A DNA stretch of 64,000 nucleotides from Trueperaceae bacterium (GCA_965213925.1 OZ243927.1:1568001-1632000); one strand, 5' to 3'. Numbered from the stretch's first letter, positions 41,317 through 51,784 are shown. Numbers and translations are program-made. The notes: a model not told the origin generated them from the letters alone.

Positions 41317-41940
41317 CTACTCGTCCTCACTGAGCTGACTCGCGCCGATGCGCACGTTTTCTCTTGGGGAGACGACGCGGTCTATGAGCCCGTAATCCTT
41401 CGCCTCGTCGGGCGACATGAAGTAGTCGCGCTCCATGTCCTTTTTGATCTTTTCCTTGTCGAGCCCGGTGTGCTCCTCGTAAAGGTTGAGCATCGTGTCG
41501 CGCAAGAAGAGGATTTCGTTCGCCTGCACTTCGACGTCCGGCGTGTTGCCGCGAAAGCCCGAAGAGCCCTGGTGGATCATGACCCTCGAGTTCGGCAGCG
41601 CCAAACGCTTGCCCTTCTCGCCCGCCATGAGGATCACGGAGCCCATCGACATGGCGATGCCGACACAAATCGTGCTAATCGGCGCGGAAACGAGCTGCAT
41701 GGTGTCGTAAATGGCGAGACCCGCGTAGACCTCGCCACCGGGCGAGTTGATGTAAATCTGAATATCTTGCTCGGGGTTTTGAGCGTCCAAGAGGAGAAGC
41801 TGCGCGACGATGACGTTGGCAACTTCGGAGTTGATGGGCGTACCCAGAAAGATGATGCGCTCTTTCATGAGGCGGCTGTAAACGTCATACATGCGCTCGC
41901 CGCGCCCGGTCTGTTCGATGACGTAGGGGACTAGGGACAT
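41317..41940 (-). CDS. clpP: ATP-dependent Clp protease proteolytic subunit
   Basis: [32 protein letters not shown]. Confidence 0.97.
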   Translation of the reverse strand: MSLVPYVIEQTGRGERMYDVYSRLMKERIIFLGTPINSEVANVIVAQLLLLDAQNPEQDIQIYINSPGGEVYAGLAIYDTMQLVSAPISTICVGIAMSMGSVILMAGEKGKRLALPNSRVMIHQGSSGFRGNTPDVEVQANEILFLRDTMLNLYEEHTGLDKEKIKKDMERDYFMSPDEAKDYGLIDRVVSPRENVRIGASQLSEDE

Positions 41941-42207
41941 AAATCGCTCCTTCTGTAGCAGATATCATCCGGTCGGAGATGATACAAGTCGACAAGATAT
42001 GTAGCGCGCATTTCAGATCGTACCTTTGGCGTCGCCAAAACTTCGTCTGCTACGCAGCTTGCAGAAAGTGTCATTTCGGTCTCATGTTGAATGATAACCG
42101 TTTTGGTCTGAAGCGTACTCGCTATATAAAATATCACTATTGCCAGTATTCACGTCCCCGCGTTCCTTTGCCGTTATCGGGGTCACGTAAACCACGGGGA
42201 TTTAGGG

Positions 42208-43704
42208 CTACTCAGTCGATTCGGCGGCTCGAGGCTCGGCAGGTTCATTCGTATCCACGTCCGCCTCTGCTGTCTCCACATTCGTGTCCGCGCTCGCAGC
42301 GGTAGTCTCGGTGTCCTCTGATTCACCCGGCAACGCTTCGTCCTCGTCATCTTCACCTAAAAGCTCACGCACGCTCTCGCGCACCGCCTTGTCCCGCGCG
42401 AGTAAAAAGCGGTAGTTCTCCACCCCTTCGCGCCCGAGTTCCTGCCTGAGCTTTGCAACGTTGCTCTGCTGACGTTGTGCCATGTAGGTCAGGGCGGCGT
42501 CTAGTTCTTCGCTTGTGACCTGCGTGCCGCGCACCTCTAAGAGCTTTTCCAGCACCAAGTCACGCTTCACGCCCGTCGTCGCAGCTTCGTCCAACTCGTC
42601 CTCGAACTCCTGGCGCTTGTCGTCCTCTTCCAAGCTCTGCAAGTACATCTGCATGTTCATGCCGCGCCCTTGCAAATCCTGCGCCAAGTTCTCCAAGAGG
42701 TTGCGCTTGCGCCGGTTGATGAGACTCTGCGGAAGGCTCAGCTCAGTTTCCTCCACGAGCTTGCCGATAAACTCCTCTTGCTGCTCGGAGAAAATCTCTT
42801 GGTCCATCTGCGCCTGGAGGCTCCTGCGGATTTGCGCTTCGGCTTCTTCCCAGGTGCCAAAGCCGAGCGTCTGCGCGAACTCGTCGTCCGGCTCGGGTTT
42901 CTCCTTCGCTTTGATATCGCGGATAACGACGTTGAGGACGGTTAGCTCGTTGACTTCTGCGTCTTCTTCGGCTTGCGCGTCTTGGCTCGAGTCCGCCGCG
43001 ACCTCTTCCGCACTCTCTTCGGACTCACCTTCCGCTAAAACTTCGACCTCTTCGTCCTCGTCTTCGATCTCGGGCGGCGTCGGCACGTCCAACTTCAAAG
43101 CGACCTCGTCGCCGATCAACTTGCCGTAGAACTGCTCCGCGAGGGTGTCGCCCACGCGCTCCAAGTCGATGGGCATGGTGGAGCCTGCGGTTTCGCCTAG
43201 TGACTCGACGGTCAGATAGTCGCCCGCTTCGGCAGGACGCTCGACGGGAACGAGCGTAGCGTTCTCGCTCTGCAGGTTCTCGACCGTCTCTGCGACCATC
43301 TCGTCGGTGACGGGCACGCCCTCCGTGTCGATGACGATGTCTTCGATATTCGGCAGCTTGACCTCGGGGTAGAGTTCGACCTCAACCTCGAACGTGTAGT
43401 CCTCGTTCTCGACGGGCTCGTGCGCGTGGAAGTTGGCGCTGACGGGATTCAGCTCTAATTCTTGTGCTGCTTGCGGATAGTACGTCTCAACTAAAGCGTC
43501 GCGCACCTCTTGGGCGACGGCGTCCTTGCCGACCCTCGCTTCGATTACACCCCTGGGCGCTTTGCCGGGGCGAAAGCCGGGCACCTTGACCTGACGCGCT
43601 AAGCTTCGCAAAATTGTGCTGTACGCCTTGTTGACCTCTTCGGCGGGCACGTCCACCTTGAATTTGGCGCTGACGCCTTGTCGTTCTAAAATCTCTGTTT
43701 GCAT
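42208..43704 (-). CDS. tig: Trigger factor with an acidic insertion in the PPIase region
   Basis: VPGFRPGKAP signature; upstream of clpP-clpX. Confidence 0.95.
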   Translation of the reverse strand: MQTEILERQGVSAKFKVDVPAEEVNKAYSTILRSLARQVKVPGFRPGKAPRGVIEARVGKDAVAQEVRDALVETYYPQAAQELELNPVSANFHAHEPVENEDYTFEVEVELYPEVKLPNIEDIVIDTEGVPVTDEMVAETVENLQSENATLVPVERPAEAGDYLTVESLGETAGSTMPIDLERVGDTLAEQFYGKLIGDEVALKLDVPTPPEIEDEDEEVEVLAEGESEESAEEVAADSSQDAQAEEDAEVNELTVLNVVIRDIKAKEKPEPDDEFAQTLGFGTWEEAEAQIRRSLQAQMDQEIFSEQQEEFIGKLVEETELSLPQSLINRRKRNLLENLAQDLQGRGMNMQMYLQSLEEDDKRQEFEDELDEAATTGVKRDLVLEKLLEVRGTQVTSEELDAALTYMAQRQQSNVAKLRQELGREGVENYRFLLARDKAVRESVRELLGEDDEDEALPGESEDTETTAASADTNVETAEADVDTNEPAEPRAAESTE

Positions 43705-44296
43705 ACCGTCTCCTGACCTCTTCCCGGTGCCTTCGTAAGTTCACCCTTGCTGAGCGTATCCCACACTTGTGCCAGTATCGGCTCGGCCAAGGATTTCAGC
43801 TCGCTTTACAAAGTTTTTGCACGGAACTTCATCTACCAACGTGCGCGCTGAATCTGCGAATTTCTTGACCATGAGCGTTCTCGACCAGATGAAATCCCGC
43901 TCTCAGCGAAGCCTAGCGGGGTGGCTGACGCCTGAACGCGCAAAGCCTTCCCGGTTACCGTTCATTCCGAAAGGGAAACTTCGTAACCGAAGGAACCCGC
44001 TCTATCTGTGTAAATTCTAACCTCATGTCGCGAACGACAAAGCAGTGTAGTCTAACAGGTTGTTTGGATGTGCGCCAAAGCGTGAGGAGACAGAAGCGAG
44101 CAGCTCAGGGCGTTCTAGGGGCGTTTGGAGGCTGTTGTTTGCTCGAGAAGGCTCTTTTGGCGGTTATCAGTGGAGTACGAAGTTGTGCGCAGCAACGCTC
44201 TCACATGTTGCAATGCTCCCTGCAAGCGCTGCTGGTTAGGATTAGCGCGAAAGTGCTTCTGTCACGCACCTAAAGTTCAACCGCTATACTTTAGCT

Positions 44297-44701
44297 ATGG
44301 GTGAAGGAATTCTTGTACGTCTTCTAGCCGACGCCGTCATGGTGCTGCACTTCGGCTTCATCCTCTTCGTGGGTTTAGGGGCGCTGCTGGTACTGTGGCG
44401 CAAATGGACCGCGTGGATTCACCTTCCCTGTGTGCTTTACGGCGCGGCTATCTCCTTCTACGGCTGGACCTGTCCGCTCACCCCGTTAGAACAGACCCTC
44501 CGCCGCTCAGCCGGTAGCGCGGGGTACTCAGGGAGTTTCATCGAGCACTATCTGGGCAGGCTCATCTATCCCAGCAGTTGGCACGCTATCCACCTCTATC
44601 TGGGCGCGTTCGTCCTGCTCTTTAATGCCGGTCTTTATATCTGGTTGTGGCGGCGGCAAAGAGCGGCGCTCACCTCAGGTTCTTCGCGTGCGGTTGAATA
44701 G
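44297..44701 (+). CDS. DUF2784 family membrane protein
   Basis: HFGFILF, WTCPLTPLE..LR, FIEHY...IYP; leaderless TATACT. Confidence 0.88.
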   Translation: MGEGILVRLLADAVMVLHFGFILFVGLGALLVLWRKWTAWIHLPCVLYGAAISFYGWTCPLTPLEQTLRRSAGSAGYSGSFIEHYLGRLIYPSSWHAIHLYLGAFVLLFNAGLYIWLWRRQRAALTSGSSRAVE

Positions 44702-44716
44702 ACCCAGAAGCTATCT

Positions 44717-45055
44717 ATGATTTGGTTTTACCTCGTCCTCGGTTATCTCGTCCTTGCCGCGACGTTGAGTGCGCTAACGCGCAGCGTCCAGAAGGGCGCG
44801 AAGCGTGCTGGACTTGTGGTTTTTGGCGCAGGGCTGCTCTTCAATCTCTTAAACCCTTCCGGGCTTGACCTCCGCCTCGCGCTTACGTTCGCCGCTGGGC
44901 TCGCCTGCTTCGGCGGGTGGGCGCTCGTTGCGTCCTTGCTGAGCTACGACGACACCTTGCAGGAGCACTGGGACGCGGCGCAGGCTGAGGCGGCTCAGAA
45001 GCGGGAGGCGGAATCAGGTGAGGACGCGGGCGACGTACCGGAGCGTGGAGCTTGA
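44717..45055 (+). CDS. Hypothetical membrane protein
   Basis: Three hydrophobic segments and an acidic tail. Confidence 0.7.
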   Translation: MIWFYLVLGYLVLAATLSALTRSVQKGAKRAGLVVFGAGLLFNLLNPSGLDLRLALTFAAGLACFGGWALVASLLSYDDTLQEHWDAAQAEAAQKREAESGEDAGDVPERGA

Positions 45056-45092
45056 GCGGCGCTCGAGGCGTACACGCCTACAGGTGCGTTCA

Positions 45093-46649
45093 CTAGAATT
45101 TCACCTCATGCGACCCTTCGGGGGGAAGCGCTAAAAACCGCTCCACCACGCTTTTCGCGCCGAGTTTCAAAAAGAAGCTGAAGGGGCTCAGCACGCGCTC
45201 TTGGGGTTTGCCAGTCGGCAAGAGGTGCGCTCTCAACCTTTCGAATTGCTTTGACACAGTGGCGTCCTGCTTACGGAGCGCGCGCGCGCTTTTGAAGCGG
45301 AGCAGCTCTACCGTCTTGCGCATATGATTTTCACCGCGCTCCACGGTTGACCTTAAGGTTGGGTCGATCGCAGAAACGTGTCCGATAAGGTCGCTCGTCA
45401 ACCTCTCCAATTCGTTCAAACTCGCCTCGAACGCTTCGCCGTGACCTCTTAATTTTAGAAGCAAGTCATCGTAGATCGTGTCGAAGTCAGTCTGCACCGC
45501 CTCGGCGGAGAGGTCGTACTTTTCCAGAATGCGCCGCGCGGGTGGCTCTAACATGGTGACCTCCATGCGCGGGTAGATGAGGGGCATCGCGACGCCGTGG
45601 GCTTCGTAGACGCCTCTTAACTGCGCGAAGTAGCGCAGCTCGCCCGGTCCGACGACGGTGGCGGCGGTGGGCAGCGCGGCGTCTTGGGTAACTGGGCGCA
45701 AGCCTGCGGCGGGGGTGAGGCGGCTCGGTTCTTCGTCTAAAACCTTTTTCAAATCATCCGAGGTGTAGAGGTTGCTTTCGGTGTAGAACTCGCGTCCGTC
45801 AAAGCGGAGTAAGCGGCGCTTACCCTCCTCTTCCAAAAAGAGGTTCGTCGCCTCTTCGCCGCGCCCGAGTTGCGGCGCGAAGCCGAGGTCGCGCAGCCTC
45901 TCGCCCGCCTCGTTGATGGCTAAAGAGGAGGCCCTAGGACGGTCTAACTCGGTCTCTACGACGGAACGAAAGAGGGGCGCAATATCGGGCTCTAAGGGAT
46001 TGATGATGACGAGCCCCTGGTCTCCTAAGAGGTTGTAGAGCATCGCGGCGAACCAGTCCGCAAAGGTCTCGGCGCGTTTAGCGGAGCGCGTCAAGAGGTC
46101 AACAGCTTCGTCCCGGTAAGCGCCGTGTGCGTTCACGCTTTGCAAAGAGGTCGTGACGCGCTCTACCCAGTCGTTCTCTAAGCCGATTCTCCCGGCGGGC
46201 ACGTCGGCGGGCAGGGGCAGCTCGAGCTTATGAAGGTCTTCGTCTAAGTCGAGCAGAAAGGCGTGGTCGATTTCGGCGCTGTCGCCGTCTTGAGACGCGA
46301 GCCAGAAAACCGGCACAACGGGCTTCTCTTCGGCGCTGAGCTTCTTCGCCAAGTTGACCGCCGTGACCGCTTTGGAGAGGGTGTAGAGCGGTCCCAAGAG
46401 GAGGCCGACCTGTTGCCCGGTCACGACGGCGCGGCTCTCGGGGTGTGCCAGAGCGTCTAAAGACGCAAAAACGGCTCCGGGCGCGCCCAGTTTCTCGGCG
46501 TAGCGAGCTAACGCTCGAGTCAAAACATCCCGAGGAATAGAACGCGGTATATTGAGAGACGCGGCGAGCTGCTGAGGCTCGAGATCGAAAAAGGACGACA
46601 GCGCACCCCGTGCGTAGCGTTTCTGAAAGGAGGACGGAGGTATAGACAC
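45093..46649 (-). CDS. bshC: Bacillithiol biosynthesis cysteine-adding enzyme
   Basis: VVTGQQ.GL..GPLY...KA, PVFW.ASQD.D..EI, GPGE..YFAQL, PQERV. Confidence 0.93.
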   Translation of the reverse strand: MSIPPSSFQKRYARGALSSFFDLEPQQLAASLNIPRSIPRDVLTRALARYAEKLGAPGAVFASLDALAHPESRAVVTGQQVGLLLGPLYTLSKAVTAVNLAKKLSAEEKPVVPVFWLASQDGDSAEIDHAFLLDLDEDLHKLELPLPADVPAGRIGLENDWVERVTTSLQSVNAHGAYRDEAVDLLTRSAKRAETFADWFAAMLYNLLGDQGLVIINPLEPDIAPLFRSVVETELDRPRASSLAINEAGERLRDLGFAPQLGRGEEATNLFLEEEGKRRLLRFDGREFYTESNLYTSDDLKKVLDEEPSRLTPAAGLRPVTQDAALPTAATVVGPGELRYFAQLRGVYEAHGVAMPLIYPRMEVTMLEPPARRILEKYDLSAEAVQTDFDTIYDDLLLKLRGHGEAFEASLNELERLTSDLIGHVSAIDPTLRSTVERGENHMRKTVELLRFKSARALRKQDATVSKQFERLRAHLLPTGKPQERVLSPFSFFLKLGAKSVVERFLALPPEGSHEVKF

Positions 46650-46734
46650 GGTCGTAGACTACCGCGCCCCTCTGCGCGCAACCGTCAGGTGCACTGCAGC
46701 CTCGTCACCCTCACCCCACCTGTACAATTTAACT

Positions 46735-46753
46735 TAACATGTGTATTATGTTA
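46735..46753. promoter_or_regulatory. Palindrome TAACAT-N7-ATGTTA, candidate operator
   Basis: In the AT-rich divergent region between bshC and the WecB/TagA gene. Confidence 0.3.
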
Positions 46754-46798
46754 CATATACTTTATTTACTTATCCGGGGCAAATAGGTAACAATAGGG

Positions 46799-47554
46799 AT
46801 GATGATGACTGATCAACTCAAAACGGTCGAAGTTCTCGGTTACCGCGTGGCCAACTGTACCTTAGCGGAGGCGGCGCAGTGGAGCGTGACCCACTGCCTC
46901 GGCTCACAACTGAGTGCGGTCTCGTCCAGACTTCTCGTCACGCTCAATCCGGAAATCGTGGTGCAAGCGAAAGCCCGCCCGGACCTAGCCGGAGCGCTTC
47001 GCAACGCCGACTTGACCGTAGCGGACGGCGTCGGCATCACTTGGGCGGCGCAGCGAGCCGGCATGAGGCTGCCCGAGCGCGTGCCGGGCATCGAACTGAT
47101 GGAGGAGATTCTAGCGCTAGGCGGCGCGTCGCTGCGCACTTACTTTCTGGGTGCCAAGCCGGGCGTCGCGCTCAAAGCCTCCAAGGTCGCCTACGAGCGC
47201 TACGGCACGACGGTCGTGGGCGTGCAGCACGGCTATTTCAAACGCCCCGACGAGGTCGAGCGGATCATCGAGCAGATCGCCGAGAGCGGGGCGCACCTCC
47301 TGCTCGCGGGTCTAGGCGAGGGGCAAGAACTCTTTTTGGACACGCACCGCAAGGCGCTCGGCGTGCCGCTCATGATCGGGGTCGGCGGCGCGCTCGACGT
47401 GCTCTCGGGCGAGGTCAAGCGCACGCCCGTGTGGACGCGGCGGCTGCGGCTCGAGTGGGCGTACCGGGTCGGCTCAGACCGCACGCGGTGGCACCGCTTG
47501 CCGAGGCTTGCCCAGTTCATACGGCTCGTGCGGGAGCGGTCGTCAAGTCATTAG
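46799..47554 (+). CDS. WecB/TagA/CpsF family glycosyltransferase
   Basis: VTLNPE, ADGVG, RVPGIEL, HGYF, GVGG..D, R.P......LEW.YR. Confidence 0.93.
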   Translation: MMMTDQLKTVEVLGYRVANCTLAEAAQWSVTHCLGSQLSAVSSRLLVTLNPEIVVQAKARPDLAGALRNADLTVADGVGITWAAQRAGMRLPERVPGIELMEEILALGGASLRTYFLGAKPGVALKASKVAYERYGTTVVGVQHGYFKRPDEVERIIEQIAESGAHLLLAGLGEGQELFLDTHRKALGVPLMIGVGGALDVLSGEVKRTPVWTRRLRLEWAYRVGSDRTRWHRLPRLAQFIRLVRERSSSH

Positions 47555-47779
47555 ATCGCGTTGACGGTTTACACCGTTTCCGGTATCGAGCCGTTCCACT
47601 AGGCTTTGCCTGAGAGCGAAATTTTATCCCTGAAAGCGCGTGCTGAGTGACATTTTCGCAAGTGAGGGTGGTGCAAACCAGGTGGTACCTGCTCATTAGT
47701 GCGGATAGTCGCCTGTGACGTTGTCGCAAGGGCTGGCGACGCTCTTGGCTATAATGACCGGGGGGTATAGGAGTTATTC

Positions 47780-48775
47780 ATGAACAACTCGGACTTTCAA
47801 GGCCCGCTTTTCATCGTCGGCTGCGGTCGTAGTGGCACGAAACTGCTCAGAAATCTACTCAATAATCATCCGCAGATAGGGATTTTGGGCTTCGAGACTA
47901 ACTTCATTCCGTTTTTCGTCAAACGCTTTGGCAAAACCCCCGACTTCTCGGACGAAGCGACGCTAAGAGCCGTCTATGACGCGCTCACGCAGACCGCTTG
48001 CTATCAGTCTCGCCAGGCTGAAGGCGTCACGATGTCTTATGAACAGCTTAAAGCCCGTCTCGAGGGGGTCGACACCGAGCTTGCCTGGCATCACGTCATC
48101 GAAGGTATCGTCAAATTCTACTTGAACGCGCCTTCCGTTTCTATCTGGGGCGACAAATCGCCCGACTACACCGTTCATATCTCGCTGCTTAAAGAGGTCT
48201 TTCCGCGAGCACGCTTTATCCATATCATTCGCGACCCTAGAGACCGCAGCCTCTCGGCACGCAAGACCTGGGGTAAAAGCGTCTTGCGCTCGGCGCACGG
48301 CTGGTCTAAGGTGATGGAGCTTATGGAGAAGGCAAACGTGCGCGCCGACCCTAACTACTTAGAGGTTTTCTACGAACAGCTTATCGGAGAACCGGAAAAG
48401 GTCATGCGGGGTATCTGCGACTTTTTGGATGTTCCTTTTCACGAAGATGTGCTCGTTGTAGACCAGCCCGCCGAGGCCGTGGGCAAAACGAAAAGGCTCA
48501 CCGAGTTCGTTACGAGCAACAAGGCTAAGTACCGAAAGGAACTCTCGCCCTTTGAGATTCGCAGAGCGAGCGAGATTACCTACCCTTACCTCGAGGCGTT
48601 TGGTTACCCCTTAGAGGACGCAAAGTCGCACCGCGAACTTAGTCCGCTCTTTTTGAACGTTCTCAAGGTGACTGACGGGCTCTCGACACTCCGCATCCAC
48701 ATGCAGAAAAAGGGCTTCGCCCAAGGGTTGCGCTATTACGTCAAGCGAAACCGCGAGAAAATGAGGTCATTCTGA
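47780..48775 (+). CDS. PAPS-dependent sulfotransferase
   Basis: 5'-PSB motif FIVGCGRSGT, WGDKSP, 3'-PB motif IIRDPRD..LS, YEQL...PE. Confidence 0.92.
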   Translation: MNNSDFQGPLFIVGCGRSGTKLLRNLLNNHPQIGILGFETNFIPFFVKRFGKTPDFSDEATLRAVYDALTQTACYQSRQAEGVTMSYEQLKARLEGVDTELAWHHVIEGIVKFYLNAPSVSIWGDKSPDYTVHISLLKEVFPRARFIHIIRDPRDRSLSARKTWGKSVLRSAHGWSKVMELMEKANVRADPNYLEVFYEQLIGEPEKVMRGICDFLDVPFHEDVLVVDQPAEAVGKTKRLTEFVTSNKAKYRKELSPFEIRRASEITYPYLEAFGYPLEDAKSHRELSPLFLNVLKVTDGLSTLRIHMQKKGFAQGLRYYVKRNREKMRSF

Positions 48776-49327
48776 ACGGAGCGAAGTGGCGTGAAAGCGT
48801 CTTCCATTCCCAACTAGCCGAGATTGCAAGCAGAGTTTTGGCATCGCCAAACGAGACCCTTACGCCATTATTGTTCTCACTTCGTTCGGACCCGCCAGAC
48901 TACGTCCTACTGCGTGAATAGGGTGACATCAGTAAGAGAGTATCGATACTTAATTAACGGTGTACTTAGTACACTGTTAGCTAAAATAACGAGTGATGTC
49001 ATTCTGAGCGGAACGCAGTGGAGCGTAAGAATCTCTGACCTTGCTGACTCCTCTGACAGAGATTGCGAGTTACAAAGTTTTGGCTATTGCCAAACGAGAC
49101 CCTCACGCCTTCGCCGAAGCTTCGCTCTACTTCGTGAACAGGGTGACAACAACGTCGCAGAATTTACTTAACAGAGTACTCAGTACACTGTCAGCTAAAA
49201 AATGACTCATGTCATTCTGAGCGTAGCGAAAGAATCTCGTCTCGCAATCTCAACTCGTTGAGATTGCGAGACGAGGCCCCTCGACTGGGCTCGGGGTGAC
49301 ATCAGTGAGAAGGCGTTAATACTTAAC
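48766..49327 (+). mobile_element. Three tandem copies of a MITE-like element
   Basis: Units 48766-48966 (5'-truncated), 48968-49180 and 49182-~49327; ~17-bp TIR AGTACAYTGTYARCTAA; internal GTCATTCTGAGCG...AGAATCT...GGGTGACA. Confidence 0.75.
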
Positions 49328-49645
49328 CTTTGCGAGCGTCGCTGCTGTGACTATGCGCACGGGACATTCTTTTAATCGCATTCTATAATATGACCATTCT
49401 AAAGCTATTGCAGTGTTTGCATAGCAGTTCCACAATATACTGAGACAGATTACCGCAGGTCTCTGTCCGTAGGACTAGCGGGATTTCATCTCCGAAAGTG
49501 CGTGTTACGTTTCTGAAAGCTGCTCCGCGTGAGCGAGCAGTCTGAAAGCCCGTAGGGACGCAAGTTTGCTGCCTAGCAACAGTAACTCGTAGAGTGAGAG
49601 TGTTTCAAACTAGATGATACCTGCTACCAGTAGGAAGGACGTACG

Positions 49646-51361
49646 ATGTCGAAAGCGGTACTGGTCTGCCCGAGAAATGCGGATGACGTCTCCTGGACGG
49701 GGCTACGTGAGCGCCTAACGTGCCTGAGTGAGCGGCTACTCCCAGATAATATCGAGGCTCAGCAGCCTCTCTACCTCGAGCATGAGGGCGTCAGCGCCGC
49801 TGTCTATAACCCCAATGGAACGGTATTGGCGCAGCGAGCAAGCCTGATGCTGGGTCAAATGCTCGGCTCTTCGCCGGACTGGTGGTGCCCTGGGGCGAGC
49901 GTGCCCGAGGGCACCTTCGCCCTTTTCCGCAGCGACGCAGAGGGTGTCGAGATCGTAAGCGACACGCTCGCCTCGCGCACGATCTGGTACGTGCAGACGG
50001 ATACGGTCTTCATCGCGGCGACCTCACAGCGTGCCATCGTCGCGCTACTCGGCAGCTTCGAGCCTGACGAGAACGCCCCGCTTTGGATGCTTTCGGCGGG
50101 TCATCTAGGCCCTAACAACGTCTGGGACCGGCGACTCAAATGCCTTCAGGGGGACGCGCGCCTCCGGCTCGACCGGGCTGCGTGGCGTCTCAGCGTCGCG
50201 CAGACCCCCGCGGTGTTTCAACCCGAAAGTCTCAGCTTGGAGGAGCACAAGCGGCGGCTGAAGGAGACCTTAGAGGACGTATTAGGGAGCCTCGACCTCG
50301 ACTACAGCAAATGGGCGCTACCCCTTTCCGGGGGTTACGACAGCCGAGCTATCTTGATGGGCTTGGGGAAACGCGAGGGGCTCCAGACGCTTACGTGGGG
50401 CGGGGAGAGCGCACTAAAGGATAAACAGGGCGACGCTTACGTCGCTAAGGCGCTGGCTGCGCACTTTGGCGTCCAACACCACTACTTCGAAACGGATTCT
50501 TCGGACGAGCCTACCGAGGTCATCTTCCGCCGCTTCGTCGTCGCGGGCGAGGGCAGAATCGACCATATTCACGGCTACGCCGACGGCTTCGAGACCTGGA
50601 GACGCCTGTTCGAGGGGGGAACCGAAGGGGTTGTTCGGGGTGACGAGGGGTTCGGTTGGAGGCGAGCCGGTGCAGCGCGTGATGTCCCGCGTTCGGTGGG
50701 ACTTTTTCTCGTAGACGACTTTCAGAACCTGGGGACGCACTTGCCTACGCAGTCTCTTCCAGAGAGGCTCCATCAGCGTCCGGGGGAGAGTCTAGCGCTC
50801 TGGCGCGACCGCCTCTATCACGAATTCAGAGTTCCCTCCGTGCTCGCCGCGCTGAGTGACCTCACCTGTCCGTATGTTGAACTCTTCAACCCTCTTATCG
50901 TCGGTAGGCTGGTGAAGCTGGTGCGGACTTTGCCCGACGAGTTAAGGACTGACAAGCAACTCTTCAAAGACGTCGTCTCCGAGGAGGGACCCGACATCGC
51001 TTTCGCAACGCGCGCGGCGACGCGTGCTGGTGGCGACCTGCTTAAAGACGCGCAAGTCGTCGCGTATCTGCGCGACGTGCTCGAGTCGCGCCAAGTCGCA
51101 GACCTTTTTCCTGCGCCCTTCGTCGGCTACGTCGCTGAGAATTTAAGCGTCGCCGCCTCTAAGGGTAGAGATTCGGCGTTCAGTCGGCGGCGACTTCTGC
51201 AGGCGCTTAAACGCCGCCTCCCAGAAAGGGCACAGCGCCTCGGTAAGCGTGCGCTGCAACAGCCCACCATGCCGCCCAACCGAAGTGCCTTCCGAATCTA
51301 CCTCGTCGCCGAGATGCATGAGACGCTCACCTCCGACGCAGCCTTTTTAGGCGTGACGTGA
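49646..51361 (+). CDS. Asparagine synthase-related (PP-loop) amidoligase-like protein
   Basis: PLSGGYDSRAIL; degenerate Ntn domain with no Cys at position 2. Confidence 0.8.
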   Translation: MSKAVLVCPRNADDVSWTGLRERLTCLSERLLPDNIEAQQPLYLEHEGVSAAVYNPNGTVLAQRASLMLGQMLGSSPDWWCPGASVPEGTFALFRSDAEGVEIVSDTLASRTIWYVQTDTVFIAATSQRAIVALLGSFEPDENAPLWMLSAGHLGPNNVWDRRLKCLQGDARLRLDRAAWRLSVAQTPAVFQPESLSLEEHKRRLKETLEDVLGSLDLDYSKWALPLSGGYDSRAILMGLGKREGLQTLTWGGESALKDKQGDAYVAKALAAHFGVQHHYFETDSSDEPTEVIFRRFVVAGEGRIDHIHGYADGFETWRRLFEGGTEGVVRGDEGFGWRRAGAARDVPRSVGLFLVDDFQNLGTHLPTQSLPERLHQRPGESLALWRDRLYHEFRVPSVLAALSDLTCPYVELFNPLIVGRLVKLVRTLPDELRTDKQLFKDVVSEEGPDIAFATRAATRAGGDLLKDAQVVAYLRDVLESRQVADLFPAPFVGYVAENLSVAASKGRDSAFSRRRLLQALKRRLPERAQRLGKRALQQPTMPPNRSAFRIYLVAEMHETLTSDAAFLGVT

Positions 51362-51388
51362 GCGTGTCGGCAGAACCTAGCCCCCTTT

Positions 51389-51570
51389 AGTACATTGTCA
51401 ACTAAAGAATGAGTGATGTCATTCTGAGCGGAGCGAAGCGGAGTCGAAGAATCTCGTCTTCCAATCTCGACTAGCTGGGATTGGAAGACGAGACCCCTCG
51501 ACAACCAAGCTTCGCCGTACTTCGTGAACAGGGTGACAACAGTGATGCAGAACTTAGTTGTCAGTGTAGT
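51389..51570 (+). mobile_element. Solo MITE-like copy (182 bp)
   Basis: Left AGTACATTGTCAACTAA, right TTAGTTGTCAGTGTAGT, same internal REP-like core. Confidence 0.75.
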
Positions 51571-51784
51571 GAGCCTACCGGCAGAATATAGCTCCCCTTA
51601 GACCGATCCGCCGTGATTTCTGCAACGTGTTTCTGTGATGTATCTCTGCGGCTACGCGCACGCGCCTGCTAAGATACTTAGCGGTACCTGAAAGGTACTT
51701 AGGTAAGGAGCAGCGTGTCAACACAACCACAGATAGAATCACGTCGGCGCGAAGATAAGCAGATGAAACCAACGAGGCTAGCGC

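Noticed and set aside
43705..44296. tRNA upstream of tig, or a c-di-AMP riboswitch
   Set aside because: No cloverleaf or T-loop; only a short resemblance to the ydaO 3' end (GTCAGC.A.CCC..TAGGC) without the other conserved blocks
48766..49327. CRISPR-like or ncRNA array
   Set aside because: Units are ~200 bp, homologous throughout and TIR-bounded, which fits a MITE
49530..49590. c-di-GMP-I riboswitch (GGGACGCAA)
   Set aside because: P1/P2 architecture and GGCAAAC..GAAA stem are not recognisable
49646..51361. Lasso peptide cyclase
   Set aside because: No B1/B2 protein or precursor nearby; context is polysaccharide biosynthesis
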